DNA from: Candidatus Moraniibacteriota bacterium
GTDB taxonomy: Bacteria > Patescibacteriota > Minisyncoccia > Moranbacterales > GCA-2747515
Direction: 5' to 3'
Length of the DNA: 64,000 nt
NCBI GenBank assembly: GCA_040772365.1
Contig: JAXGYI010000005.1
Location: forward strand, 5,132 to 69,131
Position 1 is the stretch's first letter. Each line of letters begins with the position of its first letter. Both the position numbers and the translations under genes were made by a program. Of this stretch, positions 17,947-29,557 are shown piece by piece. The notes beneath the pieces were generated by a model, which did not search any database, was not told the DNA's origin, and worked only from the letters and a program-made list of their open reading frames with translations.

Positions 17947-20900
17947 ATGGTTGAGAACAAGAAAATGAAGGTGAAGAGAAAGTTTAGTGCATCTTCATCA
18001 CTTGCCAAGCGCAAGTTTTTTAAGAAGCAGCTGGCGGTATCATTGCCGAATCTTATTGAAGCGCAGACAGCATCATATGAGTGGTTCTTAGAAAAAGGTT
18101 TGCAGGAATTGTTTGACGAGATTAATCCTATTGCCGATTTTACTGGCAAGGATATGGAGTTATCTTTTTCTCATTATTTTTTGGACGAACCAAAGCACAA
18201 TGAGCTAACAGCGCGTAATAAAAATATTTCTTTTGAAGCGCCGCTACGTGCACAGGCGAAACTCTTATTCAAAAAGACCGGTGAAATCAAGGAGCAGGAA
18301 ATTTATTTTGGTGAATTTCCGATCATGACCGATCGTGGCACCTTTATCATCAATGGTGTAGAGCGCGTAGTTGTGTCACAGCTCATTCGGTCACCGGGTG
18401 TATTCTTTTCTATGGAGTACATTAAAGGGAAGAAGTATTTTGGTGCGAAAATTATTCCCAATCGTGGTGCATGGCTAGAGCTGGAGACAGATCGTGATGG
18501 TGTGATCTATGTTAAAATTGATCGTAAGCGCAAATTGCCTGTAACGGCACTTCTGCGCGCTTTTGGCTATGGGAGCGATGATCAGATTCGGGAATTGTTT
18601 CATGATAATGTGCAGGTGGTGGATGTGGATCACATCGGCGAGACGCTTGCCAAAGATATTACAAAAACACAGGGTGAAGGATATAAGGAAGTGTATAAGC
18701 GTGTGCGCCCAGGTGATTTGGCAACAGAGGAAAATGCCAAGCAGATGATTGATGCGATGTTTTTCAATTTCGATCGCTACGACTTTGGGTCTGTGGGACG
18801 TTATCGACTGAATCAACGCTTGAATATTGAGCGCCCGAATGATCCGGAGAATCGTATTTTAAATGTGGAAGATTTTGTTTTGATTATCAAGGAGATTATT
18901 CGCATGAATAATGATCCGCAGGCAGTTGCTGATGATATTGATCATTTGGGCAATCGTCGTGTCCGTGGTGTTGGTGAGTTAATCCAAAATAAGATGCGGG
19001 TAGGATTTGCACGGATGTCTCGGAATATTAAAGATCGCATGAGTACGAGCGACGTGGCAACTGTTGTGCCGGGACAGATCATCAATACGCGCCCTGTGGC
19101 GGCTGCGATTAAAGAGTTCTTCTCTAGCTCACAGCTTTCGCAGTTTATGGATCAGGTGAATCCACTTGCAGAGCTTGAGCATAAACGCCGCTTGAGTGCT
19201 CTGGGTCCTGGGGGTCTGACGCGTGAGCGTGCAGGCTTTGAGGTGCGTGATGTGCACCACTCACACTATGGACGCATTTGTCCAGTGGAGACGCCGGAGG
19301 GTCCAAACATTGGTCTTGTAGGACACTTGGCGACGTATGCGCGGATTAACGAGTATGGATTTTTGGAAACGCCATATCTGAAAGTAGCGCATGCAGTTGA
19401 AAATCGCCCGGAAGAATTGGAGGGACGCATCCTTACTAAAGCTATTGCTGGCGTAGATGCTGGTGTGGTTATTGATGCTGCAATGGCAAAGAAGATTGCC
19501 AAAGAGAAAAAAATGGAGCATGTGGCAGTAGTGCCATTTGTGACGAATGATGTGCACTATATCAATGCAACTGTCGAGGATCGTTTGACCATTGCACATG
19601 GTGGTACGAAACTTGATGCCAATCGTAATTTTACAGAAGATTTGGCAGTTGTGCGTGTGAACGGACAGCCGGACATGGTGCAGGCGCGTGAGGTGGAGTA
19701 CATTGATGTCTCACCGAAGCAGTGTATCTCTGTTGCAACAGCATTAATTCCATTTTTGGAGCATGATGATGCTAATCGTGCTCTCATGGGATCAAATATG
19801 CAACGTCAAGCTGTATCGTGTGTGAACCCACAGGCACCGCTTGTAGGTACGGGTATTGAGGATAAGGCAGCAGCTGACTCTGGTCAGGCGGTGATTGCCA
19901 AGAACGCTGGAACGGTTGTTGCTGTTGATGGTTTCCGCATCGTCGTAGAAGAAGATGCTCCAGCAGGATCGAAGAAGAAAACAATAAAACGTGAGTATCT
20001 CCTCCATCGTTTTATGAAGTCCAATGCATTCACATCCATGAATCAGGTGCCACGTGTGATGAAGGGCGAGAAGGTGAAAAAGGGACAGCTTTTGGCGGAT
20101 GGTTCATCTACAGATCACGGTGAGTTAGCACTTGGGCAGAATATGCTTGTGGCGTTTATGCCGTGGGAAGGCTATAACTTTGAGGATGCAATTATCATTT
20201 CGGAAAAAGTTTTACGTGAAGATCGTTACAGCTCAATTCATATTGAAGATTTTACGCTTGATGTGCGTGATACAAAACTTGGTCCGGAGGTTGTGACGCG
20301 TGACATTCCCAATATTGGTGAAGAGCGTTTACGTAATCTTGATGAGACGGGCATTATTCGTATTGGTGCAGAGGTGTCGTCTGGCGATATTCTTGTGGGA
20401 AAAATTACACCAAAGGGTGAAGGCGATCTTACGGCAGAGGAGCGACTTCTGCGTGCCATTTTTGGCGAGAAGTCGCGTGATGTTAAAGATTCATCACTGT
20501 ACTTACCGCATGGTGAGCATGGTAAAGTTGTAGACATTAAAATCTTTACGCGTGATCAGGGTGATCGTCTACCAACGGGAGTCAGTCAGCAAATTCAGAT
20601 TTCTGTGGCACAGTTGCGTAAGGTTGCTGTTGGTGACAAACTTGCAGGGCGTCATGGAAATAAGGGTGTCATTTCACGGATTGCTCCTGTGGAAGATATG
20701 CCATATCTTCCAGACGGTACGCCAGTGGATGTCATTTTGAATCCCTTGGGTGTGGCAAGCCGTATGAATATCGGGCAGATCTTGGAAACACACCTTGGAT
20801 GGGCGGCGCGTGCACACGGTTATATGGCAGCAACGCCGGCACTGGATGGTGTTGATGAGGATGACATTAAAGCAGAATTGCGTTCAGCTGGCTTGCCGGA

Positions 20901-21375
20901 AAGCGGAAAAATTACACTCATTGACGGTAAGACGGGACGTCCGTTTGATAATGAATCGACAGTTGGTGTCATGTATATCATGAAGCTCAATCACTTGGTG
21001 GATGACAAGTTGCACATGCGGTCTATTGGTCCATACTCACTGATCACGCAGCAGCCACTTGGCGGGAAGGCTCAGTTCGGTGGACAGCGTTTCGGTGAAA
21101 TGGAAGTGTGGGCACTGGAAGGCTATGGTGCAGCCTATACATTGCAAGAAATGCTTACCATTAAATCTGACGATGTCCTTGGGCGGTCTAAAGCATACGA
21201 ATCAATTATTAAGGGTGAGGAAATTAAGAGTCCAAACCTTCCAGCGTCGTTCCACGTACTTGTGAATGAACTGAAGGGTCTGTGTTTGGATGTAGAACTC
21301 ATCGGACAGAAAGTCGAGTCTGGTGAAGCGGACGGTCGCAGCAGTGATGAGGCGCAGGAAATGGAAGCTGTGTAA
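17947..21375 (+). CDS. rpoB: DNA-directed RNA polymerase subunit beta
   Basis: 1142 aa with canonical RpoB blocks throughout (e.g. [20 protein letters not shown]). The start may be the MKVKRK at 17965. Confidence 0.95.
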   Translation: MVENKKMKVKRKFSASSSLAKRKFFKKQLAVSLPNLIEAQTASYEWFLEKGLQELFDEINPIADFTGKDMELSFSHYFLDEPKHNELTARNKNISFEAPLRAQAKLLFKKTGEIKEQEIYFGEFPIMTDRGTFIINGVERVVVSQLIRSPGVFFSMEYIKGKKYFGAKIIPNRGAWLELETDRDGVIYVKIDRKRKLPVTALLRAFGYGSDDQIRELFHDNVQVVDVDHIGETLAKDITKTQGEGYKEVYKRVRPGDLATEENAKQMIDAMFFNFDRYDFGSVGRYRLNQRLNIERPNDPENRILNVEDFVLIIKEIIRMNNDPQAVADDIDHLGNRRVRGVGELIQNKMRVGFARMSRNIKDRMSTSDVATVVPGQIINTRPVAAAIKEFFSSSQLSQFMDQVNPLAELEHKRRLSALGPGGLTRERAGFEVRDVHHSHYGRICPVETPEGPNIGLVGHLATYARINEYGFLETPYLKVAHAVENRPEELEGRILTKAIAGVDAGVVIDAAMAKKIAKEKKMEHVAVVPFVTNDVHYINATVEDRLTIAHGGTKLDANRNFTEDLAVVRVNGQPDMVQAREVEYIDVSPKQCISVATALIPFLEHDDANRALMGSNMQRQAVSCVNPQAPLVGTGIEDKAAADSGQAVIAKNAGTVVAVDGFRIVVEEDAPAGSKKKTIKREYLLHRFMKSNAFTSMNQVPRVMKGEKVKKGQLLADGSSTDHGELALGQNMLVAFMPWEGYNFEDAIIISEKVLREDRYSSIHIEDFTLDVRDTKLGPEVVTRDIPNIGEERLRNLDETGIIRIGAEVSSGDILVGKITPKGEGDLTAEERLLRAIFGEKSRDVKDSSLYLPHGEHGKVVDIKIFTRDQGDRLPTGVSQQIQISVAQLRKVAVGDKLAGRHGNKGVISRIAPVEDMPYLPDGTPVDVILNPLGVASRMNIGQILETHLGWAARAHGYMAATPALDGVDEDDIKAELRSAGLPESGKITLIDGKTGRPFDNESTVGVMYIMKLNHLVDDKLHMRSIGPYSLITQQPLGGKAQFGGQRFGEMEVWALEGYGAAYTLQEMLTIKSDDVLGRSKAYESIIKGEEIKSPNLPASFHVLVNELKGLCLDVELIGQKVESGEADGRSSDEAQEMEAV

Positions 21376-21414
21376 CAGTCGCAATCAATAATTGTAATGT
21401 AATGCAAATCACAT

Positions 21415-24400
21415 ATGGAACAAAATATCACCAAAGTGAGCGATTTTGACAGCGTCCGTCTTCGTTTGGCAAGTCCGGACACCATTCGCGAGTGGTCTAG
21501 TGGCGAGGTCACAAAACCAGAAACAATCAACTATCGTACGCAGCGCTATGAGATGGATGGTCTGTTTTGTGAGCGGACATTTGGTCCATCAAAAGACTGG
21601 GAGTGCTATTGTGGAAAGTATAAGCGTATCCGCTATAAAGGAATCGTGTGTGATAAGTGCGGTGTGGAAGTGACGCGATCTATTGTACGACGCGAGCGGA
21701 TGGGGCACATTCAGCTGGCAGTGCCTGTATCGCATATTTGGTTTCTGCGCGGTGTGCCAAGCAAAATTGGTTTGGCACTGGGGTTGAGTCCACAGGCATT
21801 GGAAAAAGTCATCTACTTCTCCTCGTATATTGTTACGACGATTGATGAGGAGGCACGTGAGCGAGCATTGGAGAGTTTGGATAGTGAGTTTACGCACAAG
21901 CAAAAAGATCTGAAGGCGCGGGGTGATGGGGAATTGCTTGACGAACTAAAGAAGCAGTACCGATCTAAGCGTGACACACTGCGTGCGCTGGTGCCGTATC
22001 AAATTTTGAGTGAAATGGAGTACTTCACACTTTCCACAAGCTTTGGACAGGTGTTTACAGCTGGTATTGGCGCAGAGGCAATTCGTGATGTGCTAATCGC
22101 AATGGATGTGGATACAATGATGGAGCGTCTCTCTGCAGAATTGGATGAGGCAGATTCTTTGACGAAGAAGAAGATTCTGAAACGCATCAAATTTTTTCAA
22201 GGTGTAAAAAATGCTGCTATCGACTTGGATTGGATGCTGCCGACAGTGATTCCGGTCATTCCGCCAGATCTACGTCCAATGGTAGCGTTGGATGGTGGGC
22301 GCTTTGCAACATCTGACTTAAACGATTTGTATCGGCGTATCATTAACCGCAATAATCGCTTGAAGAAGCTATTGGAGTTGCGTGCACCAGAAGTGATTAC
22401 ACGCAATGAGAAGCGCATGCTGCAAGAGGCTGTGGATGCACTGTTGGACAATTCGGCACGTCGTGGTCAAGCTTCAGTAGCAGCATCGACGGGGCAGCGT
22501 CGCGCACTGCGTTCTCTTGCTGACTCTTTAAAGGGGAAACAGGGGCGTTTTCGTCAAAACTTACTAGGGAAGCGTGTGGATTATTCTGGACGTAGCGTGA
22601 TTGTTATTGGTCCAAAACTGCATTTACACCAGGCAGGTCTTCCGAAGCGTATGGCTCTGGAGCTTTTCAAGCCGTTCATTATTAACAAGCTCATTGAACG
22701 TGAGTATGCGCATAATGTACGTACAGCAGGTCGCATGGTGGATAATGAGACGGAGGAGGCATATGAAATTTTGGATGATATTATCTCACATCACTACGTG
22801 ATGCTCAATCGCGCCCCAACCCTTCACCGGTTGTCAATTCAGGCGTTTCAACCAGTATTAATTGAGGGGAAGGCAATCCAATTGCATCCGATGGTGTGTG
22901 CGGCATTTAACGCTGATTTTGATGGTGATCAGATGGCAGTACATGTGCCATTGACCGACAAAGCACGTTACGAAGCAGAAAATATTATGCTGTCTTCCAA
23001 AAACCTGATCAAGCCGGCAAGTGGTGAGCCGATTACTACGCCATCTCTAGATCTTGTACTGGGTATCTACTACTTGACACATATTAAAAAGGGTGCGCAT
23101 GGTGAAGGGAAGCTTGTGGCGAATATGGATGAGGCAATCTTGGCATATCAAAATGGCGCAATTGCCGTGAATGCAGAAATTCATATGTTATATGGCGATA
23201 AGGTTTATGTAACATCAGCAGGACGTGCAATGTTCAATGATATTTTGCCGGAGAACCTTCGCTATATCAATGAAGAATTGACCAAGAAAGACCTTAAGGA
23301 CATCGTAGCGCGTATGCTGGATACAGTTGGACAGGAAGAGACGGCGCTCTTCATTGATCGTGTGAAAAATCTTGGCTTCAAAAATGTGACACTCTCTGGT
23401 ATTAGTTGGGGTATGGATGATCTTATGGTGCCGGAAGAAAAAGCGAATATTTTGGAGCAGGCAAAGGGTAAGGTGGAGGGCGTCAAAGAGAGCTATAATG
23501 CTGGCTTACTAACAAATGAGGAGCGGAAGAATCGTGTGATTGATATTTGGAATCAGGCAAAGGACGATATCACAGACAAAGTACGCGCATCGCTTGATAG
23601 AGAGGGTCCGGTGTATTCCATGGTGTACTCCAAAGCACGTGGTAGCGAATCTGTTGTTGTGCAGATGACTGGTATGAAAGGTTTGATGGCGGGTGCAACA
23701 GGGGAGACGCTGGAGTTACCGGTGCGTAGCTCATACAAAGAAGGGCTGGATGTGTTGGAGTACTTCATTTCAACACATGGTGCACGTAAAGGTATGGCAG
23801 ATACGGCGCTTCGCACAGCAACAGCAGGCTACCTAACACGTCGCTTGGTAGATGTGGCACAGGATGTGATTGTAACAGAAGCGGATTGCGGTGATCGTTC
23901 TGGAGGATTCGTCTATCGCGAGGACTCCGATCGTATTGGCATTGCTTTCGCATCACGTGTGGAGGGGCGTACAGCACTGGGACAAATTGTACATCCCACA
24001 ACCGGTAAGGTTTTGGCGAAGTCTAGTGACTTGATTACAAAAAAACAGGCACAGGCCATTGATCAATCCGGTATTGACAAAGTGAAAATTCGCACGGCAA
24101 CGGCATGTAAAACACTGCGCGGTATCTGCCAAAAGTGCTATGGCCTTGACCTAGGTCGCAAAGATCTTGTGGCATTAGGACAGGCTGTTGGTACAGTGGC
24201 AGCGCAGGCAATTGGTGAGCCGGGTACACAGTTGACCATGCGTACATTTCACGTTGGCGGTGTGGCAGGATCAGATATTACGCAAGGCTTGCCACGTGTG
24301 GAAGAAATTTTTGAAGCACGTGCGCCCAAGGGTGAATCTATTATTTCTGAAGTGGATGGTAGTGTTGTGGAGGTGCACGATGAGGGTGGTAAAATGACGA

Positions 24401-25011
24401 CGATTATCATTGAAAAAGATGGCAAGCGTAAGCAGCAGAAGAAGTATGCTGTGCCATCCAATTCCACAATCAATGTTGCTGTTGGCGATTTAGTGGCAAA
24501 GGGTACACCTCTGAACGAGGGGCATATTGATCTCAAAAAACTCTATGACACGATGGGCAAGGAAGAAGTACACCGTTATATTGTGAGCGAGATCCAGTCC
24601 ATCTATGCGTCACAGGGTGAGGGAATCAATGACAAGCACGTGGAAATCATCATTCGTCAGATGTTCTCACGTATTCGTATTGTGGAGGCAGGTGATACAG
24701 CACTGATTCCTGGTGAAATTGTGGAGCTGAGTGAGTTCACTGACGCCAACACCGATGTGGAAAAAACCGGTGGTACGGTAGCAGAAGGTGAGCAGATGAT
24801 CTTGGGGATCACCAAGGTGGCACTGTCCACGGAGTCATTCCTCTCTGCAGCATCTTTCCAAGAGACGGCGCGCGTTCTCATTAATGCCGCTATTACTGGC
24901 AAACAAGATCGCCTACGTGGTCTCAAAGAAAACGTCATTATCGGACGCCTCATCCCTGCAGGTACCGGCTTTCGCGCACATCAGGAGACTGAGGTGGAAG
25001 AAGTGGCATAG
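21415..25011 (+). CDS. rpoC: DNA-directed RNA polymerase subunit beta'
   Basis: 1198 aa with the zinc finger CxxC...CxxC, NADFDGD catalytic motif, and trigger loop. Confidence 0.95.
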   Translation: MEQNITKVSDFDSVRLRLASPDTIREWSSGEVTKPETINYRTQRYEMDGLFCERTFGPSKDWECYCGKYKRIRYKGIVCDKCGVEVTRSIVRRERMGHIQLAVPVSHIWFLRGVPSKIGLALGLSPQALEKVIYFSSYIVTTIDEEARERALESLDSEFTHKQKDLKARGDGELLDELKKQYRSKRDTLRALVPYQILSEMEYFTLSTSFGQVFTAGIGAEAIRDVLIAMDVDTMMERLSAELDEADSLTKKKILKRIKFFQGVKNAAIDLDWMLPTVIPVIPPDLRPMVALDGGRFATSDLNDLYRRIINRNNRLKKLLELRAPEVITRNEKRMLQEAVDALLDNSARRGQASVAASTGQRRALRSLADSLKGKQGRFRQNLLGKRVDYSGRSVIVIGPKLHLHQAGLPKRMALELFKPFIINKLIEREYAHNVRTAGRMVDNETEEAYEILDDIISHHYVMLNRAPTLHRLSIQAFQPVLIEGKAIQLHPMVCAAFNADFDGDQMAVHVPLTDKARYEAENIMLSSKNLIKPASGEPITTPSLDLVLGIYYLTHIKKGAHGEGKLVANMDEAILAYQNGAIAVNAEIHMLYGDKVYVTSAGRAMFNDILPENLRYINEELTKKDLKDIVARMLDTVGQEETALFIDRVKNLGFKNVTLSGISWGMDDLMVPEEKANILEQAKGKVEGVKESYNAGLLTNEERKNRVIDIWNQAKDDITDKVRASLDREGPVYSMVYSKARGSESVVVQMTGMKGLMAGATGETLELPVRSSYKEGLDVLEYFISTHGARKGMADTALRTATAGYLTRRLVDVAQDVIVTEADCGDRSGGFVYREDSDRIGIAFASRVEGRTALGQIVHPTTGKVLAKSSDLITKKQAQAIDQSGIDKVKIRTATACKTLRGICQKCYGLDLGRKDLVALGQAVGTVAAQAIGEPGTQLTMRTFHVGGVAGSDITQGLPRVEEIFEARAPKGESIISEVDGSVVEVHDEGGKMTTIIIEKDGKRKQQKKYAVPSNSTINVAVGDLVAKGTPLNEGHIDLKKLYDTMGKEEVHRYIVSEIQSIYASQGEGINDKHVEIIIRQMFSRIRIVEAGDTALIPGEIVELSEFTDANTDVEKTGGTVAEGEQMILGITKVALSTESFLSAASFQETARVLINAAITGKQDRLRGLKENVIIGRLIPAGTGFRAHQETEVEEVA

Positions 25012-25046
25012 TCGCACGGGGTAGATATATCGCATGCAATGAAAAA

Positions 25047-25078
25047 CCGACGCCAATTATATGGTGTCGGTTTTTTTT
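25047..25078. terminator. Bidirectional intrinsic terminator between convergent rpoC and the 25098-25505 gene
   Basis: AAAAA-CCGACGCC-AATTATAT-GGTGTCGG-TTTTTTTT: an 8-bp stem with one G:U, flanked by an A-run and a T-run. Confidence 0.7.
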
Positions 25079-25097
25079 CTCTTGTGGGAAGCGTGTA

Positions 25098-25505
25098 CTA
25101 TGGTGCCTGAGGACAGAGCACCTGTCCGATTTGTTGGAAGTAACGGCAACCGTCTTTCTGGTATGCGATGCCGTTTGGAGTATACCCCACACCACTTCTG
25201 GGCATATATCCTTTCATTGACGGAGTCTTGCCATATGCGCGCTGTGGCGGAACGAATGATGTTGGAGGTGCATTCCCGCGCCGATCCTGGTACGCGTCGG
25301 AATCCCTCTGCAGATCGTTGATGTCGCGGCGGACATCAATTTGTTGCCGCATTAAGTTTACATCTTGTCTGCCGATGTCATACTTGATTTCGGCGACATC
25401 CCTTACGATACCCATGATTTCTCGGACATTCCAGATCGCATCATTCCATGCATATGCAGAGGATGGAAGAGTAATAAGAATAATGATACAGGTAATTTTT
25501 TTCAT
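25098..25505 (-). CDS. Small secreted hypothetical protein
   Basis: 135 aa with strong SD (AAGGAGG-5nt-ATG on the minus strand) and signal peptide MKKITCIIILITLPSSAYA. No known domain. Confidence 0.55.
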   Translation of the reverse strand: MKKITCIIILITLPSSAYAWNDAIWNVREIMGIVRDVAEIKYDIGRQDVNLMRQQIDVRRDINDLQRDSDAYQDRRGNAPPTSFVPPQRAYGKTPSMKGYMPRSGVGYTPNGIAYQKDGCRYFQQIGQVLCPQAP

Positions 25506-25700
25506 AATGTCCTCCTTGATATGTATTTTTTAAGTTTACGAATGAGCAATACAGTTAAATCGCATTATATCATCTTTTAGTAAAAAAGTCAAGTATTTGA
25601 TTTAATGATATGTAGAGGAATCTCAATATTAGGACCTTTTATTGTGTGACAGCAGGTTTTGCATCGAGGAATTCTATGCTGTGTGCAGGGAAGTGCCTTG

Positions 25701-25709
25701 TGGTATAAT
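25701..25709 (+). promoter_or_regulatory. Extended -10 element (TGgTATAAT) for the M23 peptidase gene
   Basis: TTGTGGTATAAT lies ~27 nt upstream of the ATG at 25736. The same motif recurs at other promoters in the window. Confidence 0.45.
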
Positions 25710-25735
25710 GAACCTCACTTGCATAAAACTGTGCT

Positions 25736-27085
25736 ATGGCAATTGAACGCTATCAATACTACCGGCCGCGACGTACGCCACTTCGCGATGCGACGCACGA
25801 TCAACTGAGCGCGTCAACGGTGGCGTGGTGGCGAGCTGTGAGTTTTGTGGCGTTTGGCGTGGTGGTGTGCGCTGCGGTATGGTTTGGATGGAAGAATGTT
25901 GCAGGATTTGTTGAGCAGAGACAGACGCACGAGGAGGTGCGTGGCGATGATGGTGCGACCGCGCAAACCGACGGCAATGTCAATGCGGACACTGCGTCGG
26001 ATCGTGTCAATGAGCGCATTACGTCGTATACTATTGCCGAGGGGGATATTCCTGCTGATGTGTTTGCACGCGAAGGGCGTTTTGACGCTAATGAGATTGC
26101 GGCACTGATTGACGCGGGCAAGGATGTGTTTGATCTGACAAAATTGAAAATCGGGCAGCCGATGCGTTTTTGCACCGATACGAGGACGGGCGAGACGGTA
26201 CGTGTGGAGTATGACTGCGACACGGAATCCACGATTGTTGCTGAGCGCAGGGAGAGTGGCTTCGCGGTGCGCAAAGATGCCATTGCCTACGATGTGGTAG
26301 AGCGGTCCGTATCCGGCACGATTGACAATTTTTTTTATGTGGACGCGATAAATGCAGGGCTGACGGAGCCGACGATTTTGACGGTTGGTGATATGTTTTC
26401 GTTCAGTTTTGACTTCATGACGGATATTCGTGTGGGTGATACGTTTGCAGTGGTCTATGAAGAGCGGTTGCGCGACGGGACGCGCGGTCCTGATGGCGTC
26501 GTGCGTGCTGCACGATTTGTCAACGACGGCACGTCGCACGAAGCCTACTATTTTGAGTATGATGGTGCGGGCGCCTACTATGATGGCGATGGGCATAAGC
26601 TGGAGCGGCAGTTTTTGCAGGCACCACTCAGTTACCGGCGCATCACATCCGGTTTTACGGGTGCGCGACGGCATCCGATTACAAAAAGAGTATCGGCGCA
26701 CTATCAAATTGACTATGCTGCGCCGACGGGGACGCCGGTTGTTGCTACGGCGGAAGGCACGGTGAGTAGTGCTGGATGGGAGGGTGGTTGGGGTAACATG
26801 ATTCGTCTGACTCATGCCAACGGCTACACAACGCACTACGGGCACTTAAGCGCCATTGCAAAAAATATTCGCAGTGGTGCACATGTGTCACGCGGCGATG
26901 TGATTGGCTTTGTGGGATCCACGGGATGGTCTACGGGTCCACATTTGGATTATGGTATGAAGAAAAATGGCACACCTGTCAATCCCATGAAATTGGAGCA
27001 ACCGAAGGGTGATCCATTGGACAGTGCGGCACGAGAAGCATTTTTGCGCCACAAAGAGATGTATATGCACCAATTGGGACTGTGA
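25736..27085 (+). CDS. M23-family (LytM-like) peptidoglycan endopeptidase with an N-terminal membrane anchor
   Basis: 449 aa. TM helix near the N-terminus. C-terminal HYGHLS...GDVIGFVGSTGWSTGPHLDYGM..NG..VNP zinc-ligand motifs of peptidase M23. Confidence 0.8.
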   Translation: MAIERYQYYRPRRTPLRDATHDQLSASTVAWWRAVSFVAFGVVVCAAVWFGWKNVAGFVEQRQTHEEVRGDDGATAQTDGNVNADTASDRVNERITSYTIAEGDIPADVFAREGRFDANEIAALIDAGKDVFDLTKLKIGQPMRFCTDTRTGETVRVEYDCDTESTIVAERRESGFAVRKDAIAYDVVERSVSGTIDNFFYVDAINAGLTEPTILTVGDMFSFSFDFMTDIRVGDTFAVVYEERLRDGTRGPDGVVRAARFVNDGTSHEAYYFEYDGAGAYYDGDGHKLERQFLQAPLSYRRITSGFTGARRHPITKRVSAHYQIDYAAPTGTPVVATAEGTVSSAGWEGGWGNMIRLTHANGYTTHYGHLSAIAKNIRSGAHVSRGDVIGFVGSTGWSTGPHLDYGMKKNGTPVNPMKLEQPKGDPLDSAAREAFLRHKEMYMHQLGL

Positions 27086-27402
27086 GTGTGATACGTTTTG
27101 ATTGTAGGGTGCTGTGTAATATGAAGTAGTGTGCCTGCTTTGACAGAACGGGGGCACTGTAGTACCATTGGTGCAGGTATTATTAAGTAAGCGACTGGAC
27201 AGTTGGGATGTGTAGATGGGCGCATAATACTACGTAAAAAGGACAAATCCGCATTTTTTTCGTACACAACGGTTGTTTATGATTACAGTCAATCATCATA
27301 CATCGCTCACGAACAGTATGCGCGCGTGTTTTAAGACGCGTATCTTTTAGCGTTGTTGGCGCACGGTATTACTACACATACAATCGGTCCTCTGAAAAAT
27401 TT

Positions 27403-28932
27403 ATGATTACCCCGACAATGGTGGGGCTTTTAGTTCTTGTACTTGGTGGTGGTGTGGCACTGGGCTATATTATCCGCCAAACAATTGCTAAAAATCGCAC
27501 AAAAGATGCGGAAGGACACGCTGAACGCATTATTGCCGAAGCAAAAACTAAGGCACAGGAAGCGCTTCTGGAGGCAAAGAATAAGGCCGTCGACATTATT
27601 GATGAGGCGAATCAGGAAGAGAGAGAGCGCAAGATGATTATTCATGAAACAGAGAAGCGGCTGGAAAAGCGTGAAAGTCTCCTGGATCAAAAATTGGAAG
27701 AAGTTGAAGAAGGTAAAAAGGCGCTGGAGGCAAAAGCGCAGGAGGTGCGTGATGTTCGCGCGCGGGTGGAGGAGATGCGCCTAGAGGAGATGCGCCGCTT
27801 GGAGTCAATCGGTGAGTTAACGCAAGAGCAAGCAAAGAAAGCACTACTGCAACTTACGGAAGCACAAAACAAAGAGGAGTTCGCACAGCAGATGATGCGA
27901 CTGCAGAAGCAGTCTCATGAGGACTTGGAACGTGAGGCGCGTAATATTATGACGCATGTCATTCAGAAGTATTCACGATCACATGCAGCAGAGGTTATGA
28001 CGTCTACTTTGACAATCCCATCAGAGGAGGTGAAGGGGAAAATTATTGGCAAGGAAGGACGCAACATTCGTGCATTGGAGCGTGTAACAGGTGTGGAATT
28101 GATCATTGATGAAACACCGGATTCCATTGTGCTATCATCATTCGATCCGGTACGTCGCGAGGTGGCAAAGATTGCCTTGGAAAAACTGATTGATGATGGG
28201 CGTATTCATCCGGCAAAAATTGAGGAGATTGTTGCATGGGCGGAAAAAGAAATCGATCATCGTGTGCGTGAAGCAGGTGATGCTGCTGCCTATGAGGTAG
28301 GGATCGCCGGACTAGACCCTAAGCTAATCTACATGCTTGGACGTCTACGCTATCGCACGAGCTATAAACAAAATGTTCTACTGCACTCCTTGGAGGTGTC
28401 GTATCTCTCTGGCGCACTAGCGGCGGAGCTTGGCGCGGATGTGAAGGTTGCCAAAATGGCGGGACTTTTTCACGATATTGGCAAGGCTGTGGACCATGAG
28501 GTGCAGGGAACGCATGTAGAGATTGGGCGAAAGATTTTAGAGAAGTTTCATATAGACAGGAACGTAATTGAAGCGATGGAGGCACATCATGAAGAATATC
28601 CCTATGCACGACCGGAGGCGTATATTGTGGCGGCAGCTGATGCGCTGTCTGCGGCCCGACCCGGAGCACGTAAGGATACAGTGGAGAATTACCTGAAGCG
28701 ATTGGAAGAGCTTGAGGCATTAACGAATAGTTTTGATGCAGTAGAGAAGTGTTATGCGATTCAAGCAGGACGCGAAATTCGCGTGTTTGTAAAACCGGAA
28801 CACGTGGATGATCTAGCAGCAGCAAAGTTAGCACGTGCCATTGCAGACAAGATTGAAGAAGAACTGAAATACCCTGGCGAGATTAAAGTCAATGTTTTGC
28901 GCGAGTTGCGTGCGGTGGAATATGCACGCTAA
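27403..28932 (+). CDS. rny: Ribonuclease Y
   Basis: 509 aa with an N-terminal TM helix, coiled coil, KH domain (IPSEEVKGKIIGKEGRNIRALE) and HD domain (GLFHDIGKAVDHE...). Confidence 0.9.
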   Translation: MITPTMVGLLVLVLGGGVALGYIIRQTIAKNRTKDAEGHAERIIAEAKTKAQEALLEAKNKAVDIIDEANQEERERKMIIHETEKRLEKRESLLDQKLEEVEEGKKALEAKAQEVRDVRARVEEMRLEEMRRLESIGELTQEQAKKALLQLTEAQNKEEFAQQMMRLQKQSHEDLEREARNIMTHVIQKYSRSHAAEVMTSTLTIPSEEVKGKIIGKEGRNIRALERVTGVELIIDETPDSIVLSSFDPVRREVAKIALEKLIDDGRIHPAKIEEIVAWAEKEIDHRVREAGDAAAYEVGIAGLDPKLIYMLGRLRYRTSYKQNVLLHSLEVSYLSGALAAELGADVKVAKMAGLFHDIGKAVDHEVQGTHVEIGRKILEKFHIDRNVIEAMEAHHEEYPYARPEAYIVAAADALSAARPGARKDTVENYLKRLEELEALTNSFDAVEKCYAIQAGREIRVFVKPEHVDDLAAAKLARAIADKIEEELKYPGEIKVNVLRELRAVEYAR

Positions 28933-29092
28933 AAGAGGCAAAACCGTTTGACAAGAAGAGGAAGAGCCATCATCATAGAGGGGAGGCTGTGAATAACAGA
29001 AGAGCGCGCCGCGTGTTTTACAGTAAAAACATACGGCTATGCGCCATAAGAGAAGAGTAAAAATTTAGCGTTAGAAAGGACGGTGAAATCAC

Positions 29093-29377
29093 ATGGCACA
29101 AAAAATTAACAAGGGCATGCTCGTGGAAACACTTGCAGGTAAACTGGATGTGAGCAAGCGTGACGCAGAGCGTTTCGTGGAAGCGATCATTGATGAAATC
29201 ACAACACAGTTGCAGCGTGGCAATGAGGTGGCACTAACAGGTTTTGGTTCGTTTTCCGTATCAAAGCGTGCAGCACGTCAAGGCGTGAATCCAAAAACTG
29301 GAGAGAGAATTCAGATTGCGGCGACAACTGTACCAAAGTTTAAGGCTGGTAAAGCACTGAAGGATGCTGTGAAATAA
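29093..29377 (+). CDS. hup: Nucleoid-associated DNA-binding protein HU
   Basis: 94 aa: MAQKINKGMLVETLA...GFGSFSVSKRAARQGVNPKTGERIQI, canonical HU/IHF fold. A terminator hairpin plus T-run follows at ~29399-29425. Confidence 0.9.
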   Translation: MAQKINKGMLVETLAGKLDVSKRDAERFVEAIIDEITTQLQRGNEVALTGFGSFSVSKRAARQGVNPKTGERIQIAATTVPKFKAGKALKDAVK

Positions 29378-29467
29378 TACCGCAATAGTATTTTATAAGG
29401 AAGCCACCTCGTACAGGGGTGGTTTTCGTTTGCTCACAAACAAATGGCACGTATTTGTGGTATAATA

Positions 29468-29476
29468 ACAAAAGGA
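29468..29476 (+). promoter_or_regulatory. Extended -10 element (TGgTATAAT) upstream of the hydrolase gene pair
   Basis: ATTTGTGGTATAATAAC lies ~80 nt upstream of the probable start at 29558. It sits inside the over-extended ORF-track start at 29444, which supports 29558 as the true start. Confidence 0.4.
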
Positions 29477-29557
29477 CAAGAAGATGAAATTTTTTTACTA
29501 TATTCTATGGTGATTACATGGTACAAAAAAGTGCGTGCGAGGAGTGATGTTTCCGTG

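Noticed and set aside
25814-26845. 343-aa minus-strand ORF (plus a 160-aa one at 25801-26283) overlapping the M23 peptidase gene
   Set aside because: It lies antisense to a well-supported, motif-bearing M23 peptidase CDS. The product is Arg/His-rich with low complexity, typical of a GC-rich antisense frame. It has no SD and no recognisable domains.
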